From: an uncultured virus (IMG/VR IMGVR_UViG_3300035659_000006)
Lineage: Duplodnaviria > Heunggongvirae > Uroviricota > Caudoviricetes
Strand: one strand, 5' to 3'
Length of the DNA stretch: 64,000 nucleotides
Virus record (IMG/VR): IMGVR_UViG_3300035659_000006
Position numbers and translations under genes: made by a program. Below, one piece after another: positions 21,255 to 31,237 of this stretch. Positions within the stretch are counted from its first letter, which is position 1. Every line of letters begins with the position of its first letter. The notes below the pieces were generated by a model, which worked only from the letters and a program-made list of their open reading frames with translations, did not search any database and had not been told where the DNA came from.

Positions 21255-21662
21255 TTAACCGGCGTCAGCGGCGGGCGTCTTGCTCCTCCTCCCGTTGAGC
21301 GTTTCCTCCATGATGGGCAGGACAGCCAGCAGCTTCGCCCAGCCCTTCGGCGTCATCGACAGCACGACCGCCCGCCGGTCCTTGGGATGCGCCTTCTTGC
21401 CCACGTACTTGTGGGCGATGAGCCGGTCCATCAGGCCGGTCATGCTCTGCGCCTGGCGCCGCAGGAACCGCCCAACCTCGCTGTTGCTGGCCGGCCCGTG
21501 CTCTGCCAGGAACAGGAGAGCGTGCACCTGGGGCAATGAGATGCCTGCCGTCGTCACGAGGGCGTTCTCCAGGCGCCCTTCCGTCTCGCTGAACGCCTGG
21601 TAGCGCTTCAGCCAGTCCTCTATCGCCTTCGGCCTTACAAAGGGCGTCTCGTTCGTCACCAT
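21255..21662 (-). CDS. MarR-family regulator
   Basis: SMTGLMDRL....V.K..HPKDRRAVVLSMTPKG. Confidence 0.9.
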   Translation of the reverse strand: MVTNETPFVRPKAIEDWLKRYQAFSETEGRLENALVTTAGISLPQVHALLFLAEHGPASNSEVGRFLRRQAQSMTGLMDRLIAHKYVGKKAHPKDRRAVVLSMTPKGWAKLLAVLPIMEETLNGRRSKTPAADAG

Positions 21663-22236
21663 TGCCTCCTTGCAGCGAATGCTGCGCTAGGCCGCGGCCT
21701 ACAGGAGCTTCTCCCGTAGGGTCTCGGCCAGCTCCTCCATGAACGCCTCGACCGGATCGTCCGCGTCGGCGTTCCTCTCATTGAAGCCGTCCTCATCAAG
21801 GCCGACGCTATGCTCCGTCCAGAGCTGGTGCGTCTCCCCGATCACCCACATGGACTTTCCCTCCGGCCCGCGCCGCTCGCAGGTCCCCAGGAAGAGAACC
21901 GCGTGCAGGTCGAACGGGTCGCCCGGCAGCTTCTTCTCCTGCCAATGCTGGCGGACCTTCTCGCTAGGCTTCACTGATACACCACCTCCACGACGTTGCC
22001 GCAGCCACGGCACTCCCACTCCCGGAGCATCGCTCCCCGACGCCCGTCGGCGTCGGCCCCATAGGCCGAGTCGGTGCCGAGCAGCCGCCAATCGGAACTG
22101 CCGCACTGCTTGCAGTCATCGGGCCGCATGGCCTCATACTCGGCCTCAGCCTTCTCGCGGCGACCATCTTCCACCAACTCCTCATAGGTGCTCATGGCGC
22201 CCCCCTCTTGGCTCCCCTGTCCGTTCCTACAGCTAG

Positions 22237-22306
22237 ACAGTAGCACCCTAACGTGTACTTGTCAATAGAACAGAGGTAGAACGGGGGAGAATTTCCGAAG
22301 ATTCTT
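22237..22306 (-). promoter_or_regulatory. Early promoter, copy 2 of the duplicated element
   Basis: TTGACA-N17-TACTGT with extended TG; GTTC-N7-GTTC; AGAATTTCCGAAGATTCT near-palindrome. Confidence 0.8.
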
Positions 22307-22327
22307 CGAGCGCTCGAAGATTGGAGG

Positions 22328-22771
22328 CTAGGAGCCTTTGCCCGTCTGAGATGGCCGCTTGTAACCGCTCTCCTTGCGGCGCTGCCAGGAGGCCCGCCAT
22401 CTGGCCTGGAGCTTCGCCTGACCCTCCCGCTCGGCCGCTCGCTTCTCGGCCCAGCGGTGATAGCGCGCCCGCTGCTGGGCCCGCTTCACCTCTGCCGTCT
22501 GGGTCGGGTGGGCCTTCGTGTGGCACCGCTCTATGCCCAGCCGGTCGCAGAGCTGTGCGTACCAGTAGCGGGATATCCCGAGGCCCGTCTCTTCCTTGAG
22601 AGCCTTCAGGATCTCGGGGAACGCCATGTCCGCCAGCCGTAAGTGCTTCTTGCACTGGCGCACCCCTCGCCGGCCGCTGTGGCGCAGCAGGAAGTCGATG
22701 CGGGCCTTGGCGAGGACCGGATCGGAGCCCTTCACGAGGTCCATTGTACACTCCAACGCATCCATGACCAC
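22328..22771 (-). CDS. Hypothetical basic protein, possibly DNA-binding
   Basis: ORF in operon context, Arg/Lys-rich. Confidence 0.45.
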   Translation of the reverse strand: MVMDALECTMDLVKGSDPVLAKARIDFLLRHSGRRGVRQCKKHLRLADMAFPEILKALKEETGLGISRYWYAQLCDRLGIERCHTKAHPTQTAEVKRAQQRARYHRWAEKRAAEREGQAKLQARWRASWQRRKESGYKRPSQTGKGS

Positions 22772-23384
22772 TCTCGATCACCTTCGCGCCCGCCTCTCAG
22801 CAGGCCCTCCAGGACTTAAACTCCCCCAGCCGACTTTGCTCCATCTATCCCCAGCCCACCGAGTGATGCTCGCAGCCCCGGCAGCGCAGCACCAGGACGT
22901 GCGCCTGACCCTCGAACTCGATCTCGAAGTCGTGCTCGCTGCCGGTCCGGAGCCAGCACGTTAGCAGCCGCCAGATACGCCTCATGCTCATCTCCCCTCT
23001 CTTTCCACGCGCCAGCAGCTCAGGCAACGGCCTTCATAGAGCCGCTTCTCCACATGGCCCGGACCGACCAGTATCCCGCAGTCAAGGCAGCGCGCGTGGC
23101 CGCGTTCCCGCATGCCACAGACGGCGCACTCCCTCGCCGAACTGCTCGCCGTTGGCCGCTCAGGCGCACTCTCGATGTCTATTCTCAAAGGCCACCAACC
23201 TCCGGCTCGCCTCGTCCACCACCTTCACCAGCGCCCCTTCCGCGAGGGCCACGTTCACTTTCACCTCAGCCGACTGCCCGCAGCGGCAGCCCAGGCGCAC
23301 CCTCACCGTCGGCCCCGCCTCCTCCAGGTCCGGCACCTCCAGCCACAACTGCCCATGGACCGGATGCGCCAGCCGCAACGCTGT

Positions 23385-23684
23385 CTAGTCCCCCTCCGGC
23401 GCCCGGATGTTCACCTTCGTGCCCGGCTTCGTCTCGAAGCTCACGCTTCGGCTGGGCCTGGGCTTCACCTCGATGATGAAGCGGCCGCAACGCAGGGTGG
23501 TCGGACCCTCATGGTTCATCTTCAGGATCTCGCCCTTGACCTCCGTGTCCAGGTCACGGTACGTCTTGCCGAGGGCACCGACCTCTACCTTCGCCCTCTC
23601 ACGCCTCTCCAGCCGCTGCTCCAGGTCGGCGTCCTCCAGGACCTTCTCGTCGAAGCTCCCCTGGGCCTTTGCCTTGACCGGCAT
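23385..23684 (-). CDS. Hypothetical protein
   Basis: AAGGAG RBS; typical codon use. Confidence 0.55.
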   Translation of the reverse strand: MPVKAKAQGSFDEKVLEDADLEQRLERRERAKVEVGALGKTYRDLDTEVKGEILKMNHEGPTTLRCGRFIIEVKPRPSRSVSFETKPGTKVNIRAPEGD

Positions 23685-24486
23685 TCGTGGCTCCTTTCCT
23701 CAGCCTCACGTCCTTGCCCACGCAGGCCACCACTCCTCGCCCGAACCGGCTCACTATCCTGGGGTCCAGCCGGCCCGGGTCAACATTGCTCGTCACGATG
23801 GTCGGCAGAGACGCGCCGTAGCGGGCGTCTAGCATCAGCCACAGCCGCTCGCCCACCCACTCCGTCGCTTTCTCCGTGCCGAGGTCGTCGAGCACCAGCA
23901 GGAACCGGCCCGTCATGAACGGGGCCATCAGCTCCTCTATCGCACCAACGACCCTCTCGTCCTCCGGCGTCCGCCTGTCCACGTCATAAGCGCGCCGCCA
24001 GTAGTCCAAGAGATGCGGCACCGCTCGGAACATGGCGCCGGGGTGGACTGTTTCCTTCATCGCTGCCACGGCCAGATGCGTCTTCCCCGTCCCGCACTCC
24101 CCGATCAAGAGCGCGCCCCACAGCTTACCGGCGGCCACAGCCTTCGCTGCCCTCACGGCGCACTCCATGCCCGGGTTCAGCGACGGGTCGAAGTTGGCGA
24201 AGGTGCAGGCGTGAAAATGTGGCGGGACCTGCTGGCGCCTGAGCCGCTGCTCCTCGGACTCGTCCAAGATGCATGCGCAGGGCAGGGCCTTGCCGAAGTC
24301 GGGGTGGCCCAGGGTGACCGGCGCCCTGACGAAGCCGGAGCCGCCGCAGAGCTGGCAGGCACCCTCTTCGGTCGAGGAAGGTGGCGGCCCACACGGCGGG
24401 GCTTCCCGCGCCGCCTTCAAGCTCTCGGCTAGCTTGCGCATCCCACCTCGCAGGCACACCGCCTGGCCAGCTACCGTTCCGTCCAT
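23599..24486 (-). CDS. DnaC/IstB-like helicase loader ATPase
   Basis: CQLCGGSG..CAC zinc motif, GECGTGKTHLA, LVLDDLG, TIVTSN, SR. Confidence 0.9.
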   Translation of the reverse strand: MDGTVAGQAVCLRGGMRKLAESLKAAREAPPCGPPPSSTEEGACQLCGGSGFVRAPVTLGHPDFGKALPCACILDESEEQRLRRQQVPPHFHACTFANFDPSLNPGMECAVRAAKAVAAGKLWGALLIGECGTGKTHLAVAAMKETVHPGAMFRAVPHLLDYWRRAYDVDRRTPEDERVVGAIEELMAPFMTGRFLLVLDDLGTEKATEWVGERLWLMLDARYGASLPTIVTSNVDPGRLDPRIVSRFGRGVVACVGKDVRLRKGATNAGQGKGPGELRREGPGGRRPGAAAGEA

Positions 24487-25156
24487 TGCGCACCCACCGC
24501 TATGCCTCAGCGGGGGCCAGCAGCGCGTCCAGACGGGCAAGTAGAGCGACCACTTCAACATCGAGAGCGGCCTTGTGCGCTCCCTCCAGGCGACCAGTCC
24601 TCAGCATGTTGGCCTCAGCGCGGGCGTTCACCTTCGCCACCAGTTTGTCTAGCACCGCCAGCATCGCGGCGTGGGCGGCGGCCATGTCCTCGTGGCAGGT
24701 GTGGGGCGTTCCAGCGCGGGCGGCCATCTGTGCTACTGGCCCGTCTCCACAGCGGGGGCAATGGCTCTCTGCAACCCGCCTGACTTCGGCTACCGCTTCC
24801 TCAATCTTGTCCATCGCCTTCCGCCTAGCGGACAGCCCACTCCGGCCAGTCCCCCTTCTCCCATGCCCGTGCCCGATGCACATCGGCCAGGGTGGGGTTC
24901 TCTTGCGGCCAGAGGTTCCAGTCCGGCCCATACTGCTCCACGCAGAGGGCCTGCCCCCAGTCCCAAGAATGACCGTACCCATAGACCGTGCCGCCGTTCT
25001 GCTCGGCCATTCGTCCTATCCAGTGGACGACCCATCTGGCACTGTCTGCGATGCCGCGATAGTCGGGTTCAGTCGAAGGGTCGTAATCGGGGTCTTTCAC
25101 CAGGCCGTCTCTGTGAATGCGCTCGAGGATAGGCCCCAGGTCAATTGTGATCGTTG

Positions 25157-25972
25157 TCATCCCCACATCTCCTCACGCTGCTCAACGAAGCGCGTCACGG
25201 CCTCGCCGCTCGCGACGCCGCGGCCGCTCTCGTCCTTCCGCTTGCCCTGCAGCACCTTCTCCATGTAGTCGGCCGGCCCCGCCGCAGCGTGCCCGGCGGC
25301 TGCCATCAGCGCGTCAATGACGTTCTGACCGTGGCCGTATCGACCCACGAGAGCCGCCGCGCGGCCACCGGCCAGCGGCTCGGCGAACAGCAGCCGGCTG
25401 GCGTCAACGAGGGCAGCGACCTGCTCCTTCCGGTTGTCCGAGGCGAGAAAGCGTTGGCGGCAGGCTTGGAGGGACCCCGGCGTCTCAGTGACCATCGCGT
25501 CCACCTCCTCAGGCAGATCGCCGTTAGGCGATCTGAAAACCCTGGTAGTTCTATGGGACGATCTGGGTCGTGATTTGGCCACGCAGGGTGGCCGCTGTGA
25601 CCACCCTGGGGCCGCTCTAGGGTGGTCAGTGTGACCGCCCTCAAGGCCCGCGAGCATGGGCTGGACAGCCCCGCTAATGGCGTATGTGCTTGTCCGGCGA
25701 CCACTGCCAGGAGCGACGGTGCGGACGTAGCCGTGGGCTGTCAGCGCTTGCAGAGCCCGGCGGACCGTTCGTTGACTGTGACCCGTCTCTTTGGCAATCG
25801 TGCTCTGGCTCGGCCAGCACTCGCCGTCTCCGTCGACATGGTAGGCCAGGCAGGCGATCACAGCCTGGCCAGGCCCCTTGAGTCTTAACCCGTAGGCCCA
25901 CCTGAGGAGCTGGAGACTTCTGTTGGGTCTACCGTGGCGATGCGATGAGCGAGTGACAGGCCGTTCGTCCAT
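25157..25972 (-). CDS. Phage replication initiator (N-terminal HTH_36-like)
   Basis: CWPSQSTIAKETGHSQRTVRRALQAL; upstream of the DnaC-like gene. Confidence 0.8.
   Translation of the reverse strand: MDERPVTRSSHRHGRPNRSLQLLRWAYGLRLKGPGQAVIACLAYHVDGDGECWPSQSTIAKETGHSQRTVRRALQALTAHGYVRTVAPGSGRRTSTYAISGAVQPMLAGLEGGHTDHPRAAPGWSQRPPCVAKSRPRSSHRTTRVFRSPNGDLPEEVDAMVTETPGSLQACRQRFLASDNRKEQVAALVDASRLLFAEPLAGGRAAALVGRYGHGQNVIDALMAAAGHAAAGPADYMEKVLQGKRKDESGRGVASGEAVTRFVEQREEMWG
25585..25641. repeat. Putative origin iterons inside the initiator gene
   Basis: Two imperfect, self-palindromic 23-bp direct repeats AGGGTGGCCGCTGTGACCACCCT / AGGGTGGTCAGTGTGACCGCCCT. Confidence 0.6.
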
Positions 25973-26190
25973 GCCAGCCCTTTCGTTTTCCCCGCTCCCA
26001 GGAAGGGGCCGCTTCCTCCTCACGGCCCACGGAAACACGTTCGCCTGGCAGGCAGTGCTTGTGCCGCAGACTTAGGGAGTTGCTACCTGGAAGGCGGTCA
26101 CCATCCCCCAGATCGCTATCGCGGCGACAAAGGTGACCGCCAAGCCGACGGCGATGCCACGCCAAAGATGCGGCCTCTCTTCTTGCTCGG

Positions 26191-27105
26191 TCACGCTGAA
26201 CTGCCTTCCTCAAGGCTATCGACTACCTCCCGTGCCTCTGCCAAGACACAGGCCTCCGGCGCAGGCAGCCGGTCCATCCAGCCGACGTGTTTACACTCCG
26301 GGCAGCGCGCCCAGACACGGTCGACGGGCGGGCCCAGCCGCTCTTCCAACTTTTCAGATTCTGAAAAGTGAGGGCGGGCCCGCCGGCGCGTCGGCTTGAG
26401 CTGGTTGACGATGGTCGATGCCTTCTCGCTGGCATCCCGCATCTCGCTGGCCATCTCCAGGGCTCGCACCGGGTCCTCGTTCTTGCCCACCTCGGCCAGC
26501 ACCGACCTGCCCAGCGTGCCCAGCAACTCCATGCGCCAGCCGGACGCCTCTAGGGCCAGGGCCGTGTTGGCGCGGTCATACACGGTTCCGACTGCCATCG
26601 GCCGGCCGGTCACTTCGCGGATGATCTGGGCGGCCCTGTCGAACCACCCGTCGCCGAAACTGGAGTACCGCTCGTGGAACGCCTTGGCGGCTAGCGCCTC
26701 GAAGATGACGCCCTGCTCCTCCCAGCGCACGCCACAGTCCCACAACCAGGCCAGGCTCTCGTCCTCCAGTTTGGGCAGGAGGCTGGCCAGGACCTCGACG
26801 TCGACGTCGGCGGGCCCGTAGTCACCCTCCAGGACGCGGGGCGAGAGGGCCCGGACTGACAGGACTTCGCCCGTCTTGGGATCGACGCAGTAGGCGATGG
26901 GGCCGTCGACCTTTACGGCGAAGCGCTTGGCATGGAGATCGTCATGGTGCTGGCGGCAGAATGGAAGCCGCTCGTGCTCGTGGTCGAGGCTGGAGCCGCC
27001 CATGCCGATAGAGGAGCGGTCAGGCGGCTGGTGGTGTTCGCCATGTGGTCTCGCAGGGCGGCCGCAACGAAGGCATGGAATGGTCAGATCGCTGTCACCG
27101 GACAT
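26191..27105 (-). CDS. HNH-like (DUF968-type) N-terminal domain protein
   Basis: PCLRCG...HH...GMGG...LPFCRQHH..LH; C-terminal CPEC. Confidence 0.6.
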   Translation of the reverse strand: MSGDSDLTIPCLRCGRPARPHGEHHQPPDRSSIGMGGSSLDHEHERLPFCRQHHDDLHAKRFAVKVDGPIAYCVDPKTGEVLSVRALSPRVLEGDYGPADVDVEVLASLLPKLEDESLAWLWDCGVRWEEQGVIFEALAAKAFHERYSSFGDGWFDRAAQIIREVTGRPMAVGTVYDRANTALALEASGWRMELLGTLGRSVLAEVGKNEDPVRALEMASEMRDASEKASTIVNQLKPTRRRARPHFSESEKLEERLGPPVDRVWARCPECKHVGWMDRLPAPEACVLAEAREVVDSLEEGSSA

Positions 27106-27222
27106 AATCCTTGCCTCCACCCAAGGCCCTGCGCCTCTGCTTCTTTGCCTCGTGTCGAGCGACCTGGTTAGCGCGGTGCTTGCTCGCCGCCCTCCTCCTT
27201 CGCCCAGCATGGCTCAGACGAC

Positions 27223-27657
27223 TCAGCTCCGTGTCTCGACCTCTTTCCCCACACACTGCGAACACAGGCCAGGCTCGGCCCACGAGCATCCACCAGGGCA
27301 GGCCCGATCATCTGTGCAGCCGCAGACGCGGCAGCGCTGCACGGGCATGGCCTCGGGCAGCTCCACAGCCACCAGCGTGACGCCGCCATCGGGCAGCTCC
27401 AGCACCGATAGCGACCAGGGCCTTGTCAGGTCCGTACCAGATAGCGTCACGCTGCCGCCTGCCCGCGCCACAAGCGGCGCGATAATCTGCGTCATGCCGG
27501 CCTCGATCTCACTTCTCAGATTCGCTACCTGATTGGAGATCAGCCTGTTGAGGCGCTCAGAGAGCTCACCGGCCTTCAGAAGCTCCTCGCGAAATGCAGC
27601 TATGATCCCTCGGCTCCCTCCCAAGGTATGCCCCATGGTCTCCGGAATCTGACTCAA
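27223..27657 (-). CDS. Hypothetical protein with Cys-rich C-terminus
   Basis: CRVCGCTDDRACPGGCSW....LCSQC. Confidence 0.6.
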   Translation of the reverse strand: MSQIPETMGHTLGGSRGIIAAFREELLKAGELSERLNRLISNQVANLRSEIEAGMTQIIAPLVARAGGSVTLSGTDLTRPWSLSVLELPDGGVTLVAVELPEAMPVQRCRVCGCTDDRACPGGCSWAEPGLCSQCVGKEVETRS

Positions 27658-27659
27658 GG

Positions 27660-28943
27660 CTATCTTCCTCCAGCCGCCACTGGCGGCTTGTTGCCCACGG
27701 CGTTTTGCCTGAGAAGCTCCCAGGCACGAGCTAGATCGACCAGGGGTGCCGTCGGCTGCAGCTGCTGGCCCAGCACCTTCCAGACCTCACCCGATAGGTA
27801 GCCGAACTCTCGGTTGGCCCTCGTCAGCAGCTCGCCCAGCGTCTTAGGCGGCTTCTTGTCGGGCATCAGCATGGCCTGCCGGGGCTCCGGGTCAGCCGCC
27901 TCAGATCTTCGGGCGCTCGAAGATTCCGCCCCGACCGACTCAGCCGGCACCTCAACGGCCTCGCCCTCGATGGGCGCGTGCTTCTCGCAATAGGGCTTGC
28001 CGTCGGCGTCATAGATGGCCACGGGGTCGCCGCAGACGATGCAGGCATCGTCAGGAGCGGAGGCCAGCCCTAGCGAGACGGACGGGTCGGCCGGGCCGGC
28101 CTCCACGCTTCCCTGCGGCTCTGGGCCGCCTCCCTGCCCATCTTCGCCTTCTCCCTCGCCGTAGGCCTCCGCAAGCTCGTCCTCGTCGATCCTCGGCGGG
28201 GCGAGGAGAGCCTTCTCTGGGAGGGACTGCGCCGCACGGAGCAGGTCCTCCAGCGTGAAGCCCGGCAGGCTGAGCTCCACGACGTAGACCGTCTTCTTCT
28301 TGACATTGGGCGGTGCCACTTCTCGAGGCACGAGACGGAGCGTGAGCGGCAGCCCGCGGATGCGCCCACCAGTCACGGAACGGATCAGCGCCACGCTATC
28401 GAGGAGCGCCCGCACCCCATGGATCGACCGAGTATCCAGTTGCCAGGCACCGATGCCTCTCACCTTCGGGAGCAGGAAGAAGAAGTTGAGCGACAACCGG
28501 CACTGCGGCCTGTCGCCCTCCTGCATGGGGCATCGCTCGGCTAGGCATGGGATAGCCCGGGGCACCCATGCCTGGGTGTGCTTATTCGCCCATGTCCCGC
28601 TGTCAACGCCCTCTGGCCGGGGCCCGTCCTGGTTCGGGTCCCATTTGGCTTCGGCCACTTCTCCGTCGCCCCGACACACGGCCTTCCACGACTGGCTGAA
28701 CATCCGGTAGTAGGGATCACACCAGTCCTCGACGTCGTCCGTCGGAAGCATGATGTCAAGCTCGCGCGGCTCGGTCTTGTAGACCTCCAGGAACGCCTCG
28801 GCCGCCGAGCGGGAGGTGCTGTTGTCCTCGCGCACGCAGAAGTGATCGAGGGCGTGCGGCACGCCCTTCTCGTCGCGATAGCCCAGGCGTATCTTGCCGA
28901 TGCGCGGGAGCCTTCTTCGGTCCGTGAGACCCTTCACTGGCAT
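27660..28943 (-). CDS. phiC31 gp3-like (recombination directionality factor-like) protein
   Basis: LPRIGKIRLG...P..LDHF, CRGDG, G.WQLDT.S pattern. Confidence 0.7.
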   Translation of the reverse strand: MPVKGLTDRRRLPRIGKIRLGYRDEKGVPHALDHFCVREDNSTSRSAAEAFLEVYKTEPRELDIMLPTDDVEDWCDPYYRMFSQSWKAVCRGDGEVAEAKWDPNQDGPRPEGVDSGTWANKHTQAWVPRAIPCLAERCPMQEGDRPQCRLSLNFFFLLPKVRGIGAWQLDTRSIHGVRALLDSVALIRSVTGGRIRGLPLTLRLVPREVAPPNVKKKTVYVVELSLPGFTLEDLLRAAQSLPEKALLAPPRIDEDELAEAYGEGEGEDGQGGGPEPQGSVEAGPADPSVSLGLASAPDDACIVCGDPVAIYDADGKPYCEKHAPIEGEAVEVPAESVGAESSSARRSEAADPEPRQAMLMPDKKPPKTLGELLTRANREFGYLSGEVWKVLGQQLQPTAPLVDLARAWELLRQNAVGNKPPVAAGGR

Positions 28944-29389
28944 GGCTTCACTCCTTTGATGGCTAGCCGGCGACAGCCGCGGGTTCTGCCATATAAATCA
29001 GCCGGTTCTGTGTCAGGTCCGCCCCCATCTCGAGGGCGTCGGTTTCCGCACGCTTCACTGAGTCCAAGGCGAACGCCAAGCAGCCCTCACAGACGGCGAG
29101 CCGGGGCGCGACCAGCCCCAGAAGGGCGACCGGAACGTCCTCCTGGCCGCAGACATCGCAGACGTGATTGATGACCTTCACGGTAGGTTGCATGGCGTGC
29201 TCCTCTGGCTGGGAAACGCCGCTCGCGTTACCAGTCGCTCGACTGACGAGTGAGGGTTGGCAGATGGGGCTAGTTCATCCGCGGACACAGTGACCCTCGG
29301 TTCCGAAGCTCGGTCGCATGGCGGTCATGCAACTCGGTCTTCGGAATAGCGCGCCGGTGGAATCGGGTTAGGTGGCATGAGGAGATCGA

Positions 29390-29463
29390 GGCCCCGTGGC
29401 GCAATTGGACAGCGCGCCCGTCTTCGGAACGGGAGGTTCCCAGTTCGAGCCTGGGCGGGGCCG
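29390..29463 (+). tRNA. tRNA-Arg (TCG), no encoded CCA
   Basis: Acceptor GGCCCCG/CGGGGCC, anticodon arm CCCGT-CTTCGGA-ACGGG, T arm CCCAG-TTCGAGC-CTGGG. Confidence 0.9.
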
Positions 29464-29556
29464 CTTCTCTCATCCGGTGCAGTCCTTTCGGCACTCCGGC
29501 CTCCCCCTTACTCTGCGTCCCTGCTGCCGGAGCGTCTGGCCATCCCTGGCCAGGGC

Positions 29557-29585
29557 AATATAGCAGCCCTGTTGAAAATATGCAA
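29557..29585 (-). promoter_or_regulatory. Leftward early (lytic) promoter
   Basis: TTGCAT-N17-TATATT with extended TG. Confidence 0.65.
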
Positions 29586-29624
29586 GCCCTTTTGGGGCCA
29601 ATGTTGGAGGAATTTTCAATGTTG

Positions 29625-29653
29625 TTGACAAACAAGCGCGGATGTGGTAGACC
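29625..29653 (+). promoter_or_regulatory. Rightward promoter for the XRE and integrase genes
   Basis: TTGACA-N17-TAGACC with extended TG; inverted repeat TTGAAAAT/ATTTTCAA (29572-29579, 29612-29619) in the divergent promoter region. Confidence 0.65.
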
Positions 29654-29666
29654 TAGAGTCAAGCCA

Positions 29667-29993
29667 ATGACTGTTACGCAACTAGGTCAAGAGGTTCGAA
29701 GAGCGCGGGCAGCGAAGAGGCTGTCCCTCGATGCTCTCTCTAGGCGCACGAAGGCTCTCGACCCGACCGAGAAGGGCGTCGGGCTCAGGACGATTCACGC
29801 CATTGAGCAGGGTGAGAGCGAGCACCCCACAAATGAGACGCTACGCCTGTTGGGGTTGGCTCTTGAACCCGAGACGGACTACCGGCACTTGGCCCTCGCC
29901 GCCTATGATGCCAACGGCGACGCGCCACCTGTCCCATTAGAGAATCCCACATCTGCCCCGCCGGAAGCAGTCTCCGGTGCTCCACCTTCATGA
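29667..29993 (+). CDS. XRE-family HTH regulator (probable repressor)
   Basis: LGQEVRRARAAKRLSLDALS...IHAIEQG...P...TLRLL. Confidence 0.85.
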   Translation: MTVTQLGQEVRRARAAKRLSLDALSRRTKALDPTEKGVGLRTIHAIEQGESEHPTNETLRLLGLALEPETDYRHLALAAYDANGDAPPVPLENPTSAPPEAVSGAPPS

Positions 29994-30831
29994 CAGACGA
30001 CCTCCGCTAGACGCTGACGGCTACCATCTCTACCTGGTCTCGCAGTCCTATACTCAGGACACGATTCGCGGCTACTTGGGCGTCTATGCCCTCTGGGAGC
30101 GCTGGTGCCATGACAACGCCGTCGAGCCAGGTCGCGCGTCCCATAAGGATGTCTCCCGGTGGCTCCTCGAACGCCGGCGGCTCTCCGCGAACACGGTCCG
30201 CAACGGCCTGATCGGACTCCGCTCCTACTACCGCTACACGGCATCGTGTGGGCTCCGGAGCGGCGATCCCACCGCGGGCTTCCGCTTGCCCAAGGTGTCC
30301 CTGCCTCCAGTGGAGCCCTATCCTCACGAGGACATCATGGCGTTCGTGGCCGCCGCCCGCACGCGACGGGACAGGGCCATCCTTCTGTTGTTCTTGGACA
30401 CCGGGCTCCGCTGTTCCGAACTGCTGCGGCTGCGGGACCAGGACATCAACCGGCGTGAGCGGATCATCAGAATCCACGGCAAGGGCGGAAAGTACCGACT
30501 GGTGGCACCAGGGCAGACGGCCTGGGCCGCGCTCACGACCTATCTGGACAGTCGCGCGGACAACGTCTGGCAGGAGGGCATCGCCACGACCTCGGGGCTG
30601 CGGAGCTGGTTGCGGCGGCTGGCGGTGAGGGCGGGATTGGAGAGGGCGAATCTACATCGGTTCAGACATGGCTTCGCGTGCGCCTTCTTGGAGAACGGGG
30701 GAGACAGCGGCTCGCTCCAAGAGTTGCTCGGCCACGAGACGCCCCAGATGACCGAGCACTACGCCGCCGCTGTGCGGCGCAAGGTGGCCCTTGACCAGCA
30801 GCGCAGATTCAGTCTGGCCGATCGGCTCTAG
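29977..30831 (+). CDS. int: Tyrosine recombinase/integrase (XerD-sized)
   Basis: TGLRCSEL, GKGGK, HRFRH, LLGH, Y catalytic set. Confidence 0.95.
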   Translation: MLHLHDRRPPLDADGYHLYLVSQSYTQDTIRGYLGVYALWERWCHDNAVEPGRASHKDVSRWLLERRRLSANTVRNGLIGLRSYYRYTASCGLRSGDPTAGFRLPKVSLPPVEPYPHEDIMAFVAAARTRRDRAILLLFLDTGLRCSELLRLRDQDINRRERIIRIHGKGGKYRLVAPGQTAWAALTTYLDSRADNVWQEGIATTSGLRSWLRRLAVRAGLERANLHRFRHGFACAFLENGGDSGSLQELLGHETPQMTEHYAAAVRRKVALDQQRRFSLADRL

Positions 30832-31124
30832 GCTGGGGCGCCGTGCCGCTCTCTGATATCGAACATCGCCAGAACGTCCTCAAGGGAGCGCTCGTCCTCG
30901 GAAGGGGCAGCGACGATTACGGCGACGGCTGCCGTAAACCGGGCGCAGTCGATGGAGAAAAGGTTGGCCATCCGCCGGACCGTAGAGAGGGCGATGTCCG
31001 ACCGCTCGCCGCGCTCGATGGCGGAGATCTCACTGTAGCTCAGGCCGGAACGCTCCTCGGCCTCGCGGAGCGTCAGGCCCATCTCCTTGCGGCGCTTGCG
31101 GCAGAAGGCCCCTAACTTGTTCAC
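30828..31124 (-). CDS. XRE-family HTH regulator, probably leaderless
   Basis: RRKEMGLTLREAEERSGLSYSEISAIERG; TTGACA-N17-TATGCT (31160-31132) ends 7 nt before the GTG. Confidence 0.85.
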   Translation of the reverse strand: MNKLGAFCRKRRKEMGLTLREAEERSGLSYSEISAIERGERSDIALSTVRRMANLFSIDCARFTAAVAVIVAAPSEDERSLEDVLAMFDIRERHGAPA

Positions 31125-31237
31125 GGGTTCCAGCATAGGGCGACCGCGGGGTCTTGTCAATTCTGATGCAAAAGTCACTGCCAGTCTTCGCCAATCAAGT
31201 CTCCTGGCAGTGTAGCATTTCCCTGCACGGAGTCAAG

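Noticed and set aside
21668..21690. GCAGC-ATTC-GCTGC hairpin before marR as a fourth copy of the late leader
   Set aside because: Lacks the CCC tail and the downstream terminator; short GC stems are common by chance
29270..29494. Minus-strand ORF with GGAGG RBS antisense to tRNA-Arg
   Set aside because: No protein-like features and it overlaps a tRNA; cannot be excluded as a leader peptide but is unsupported
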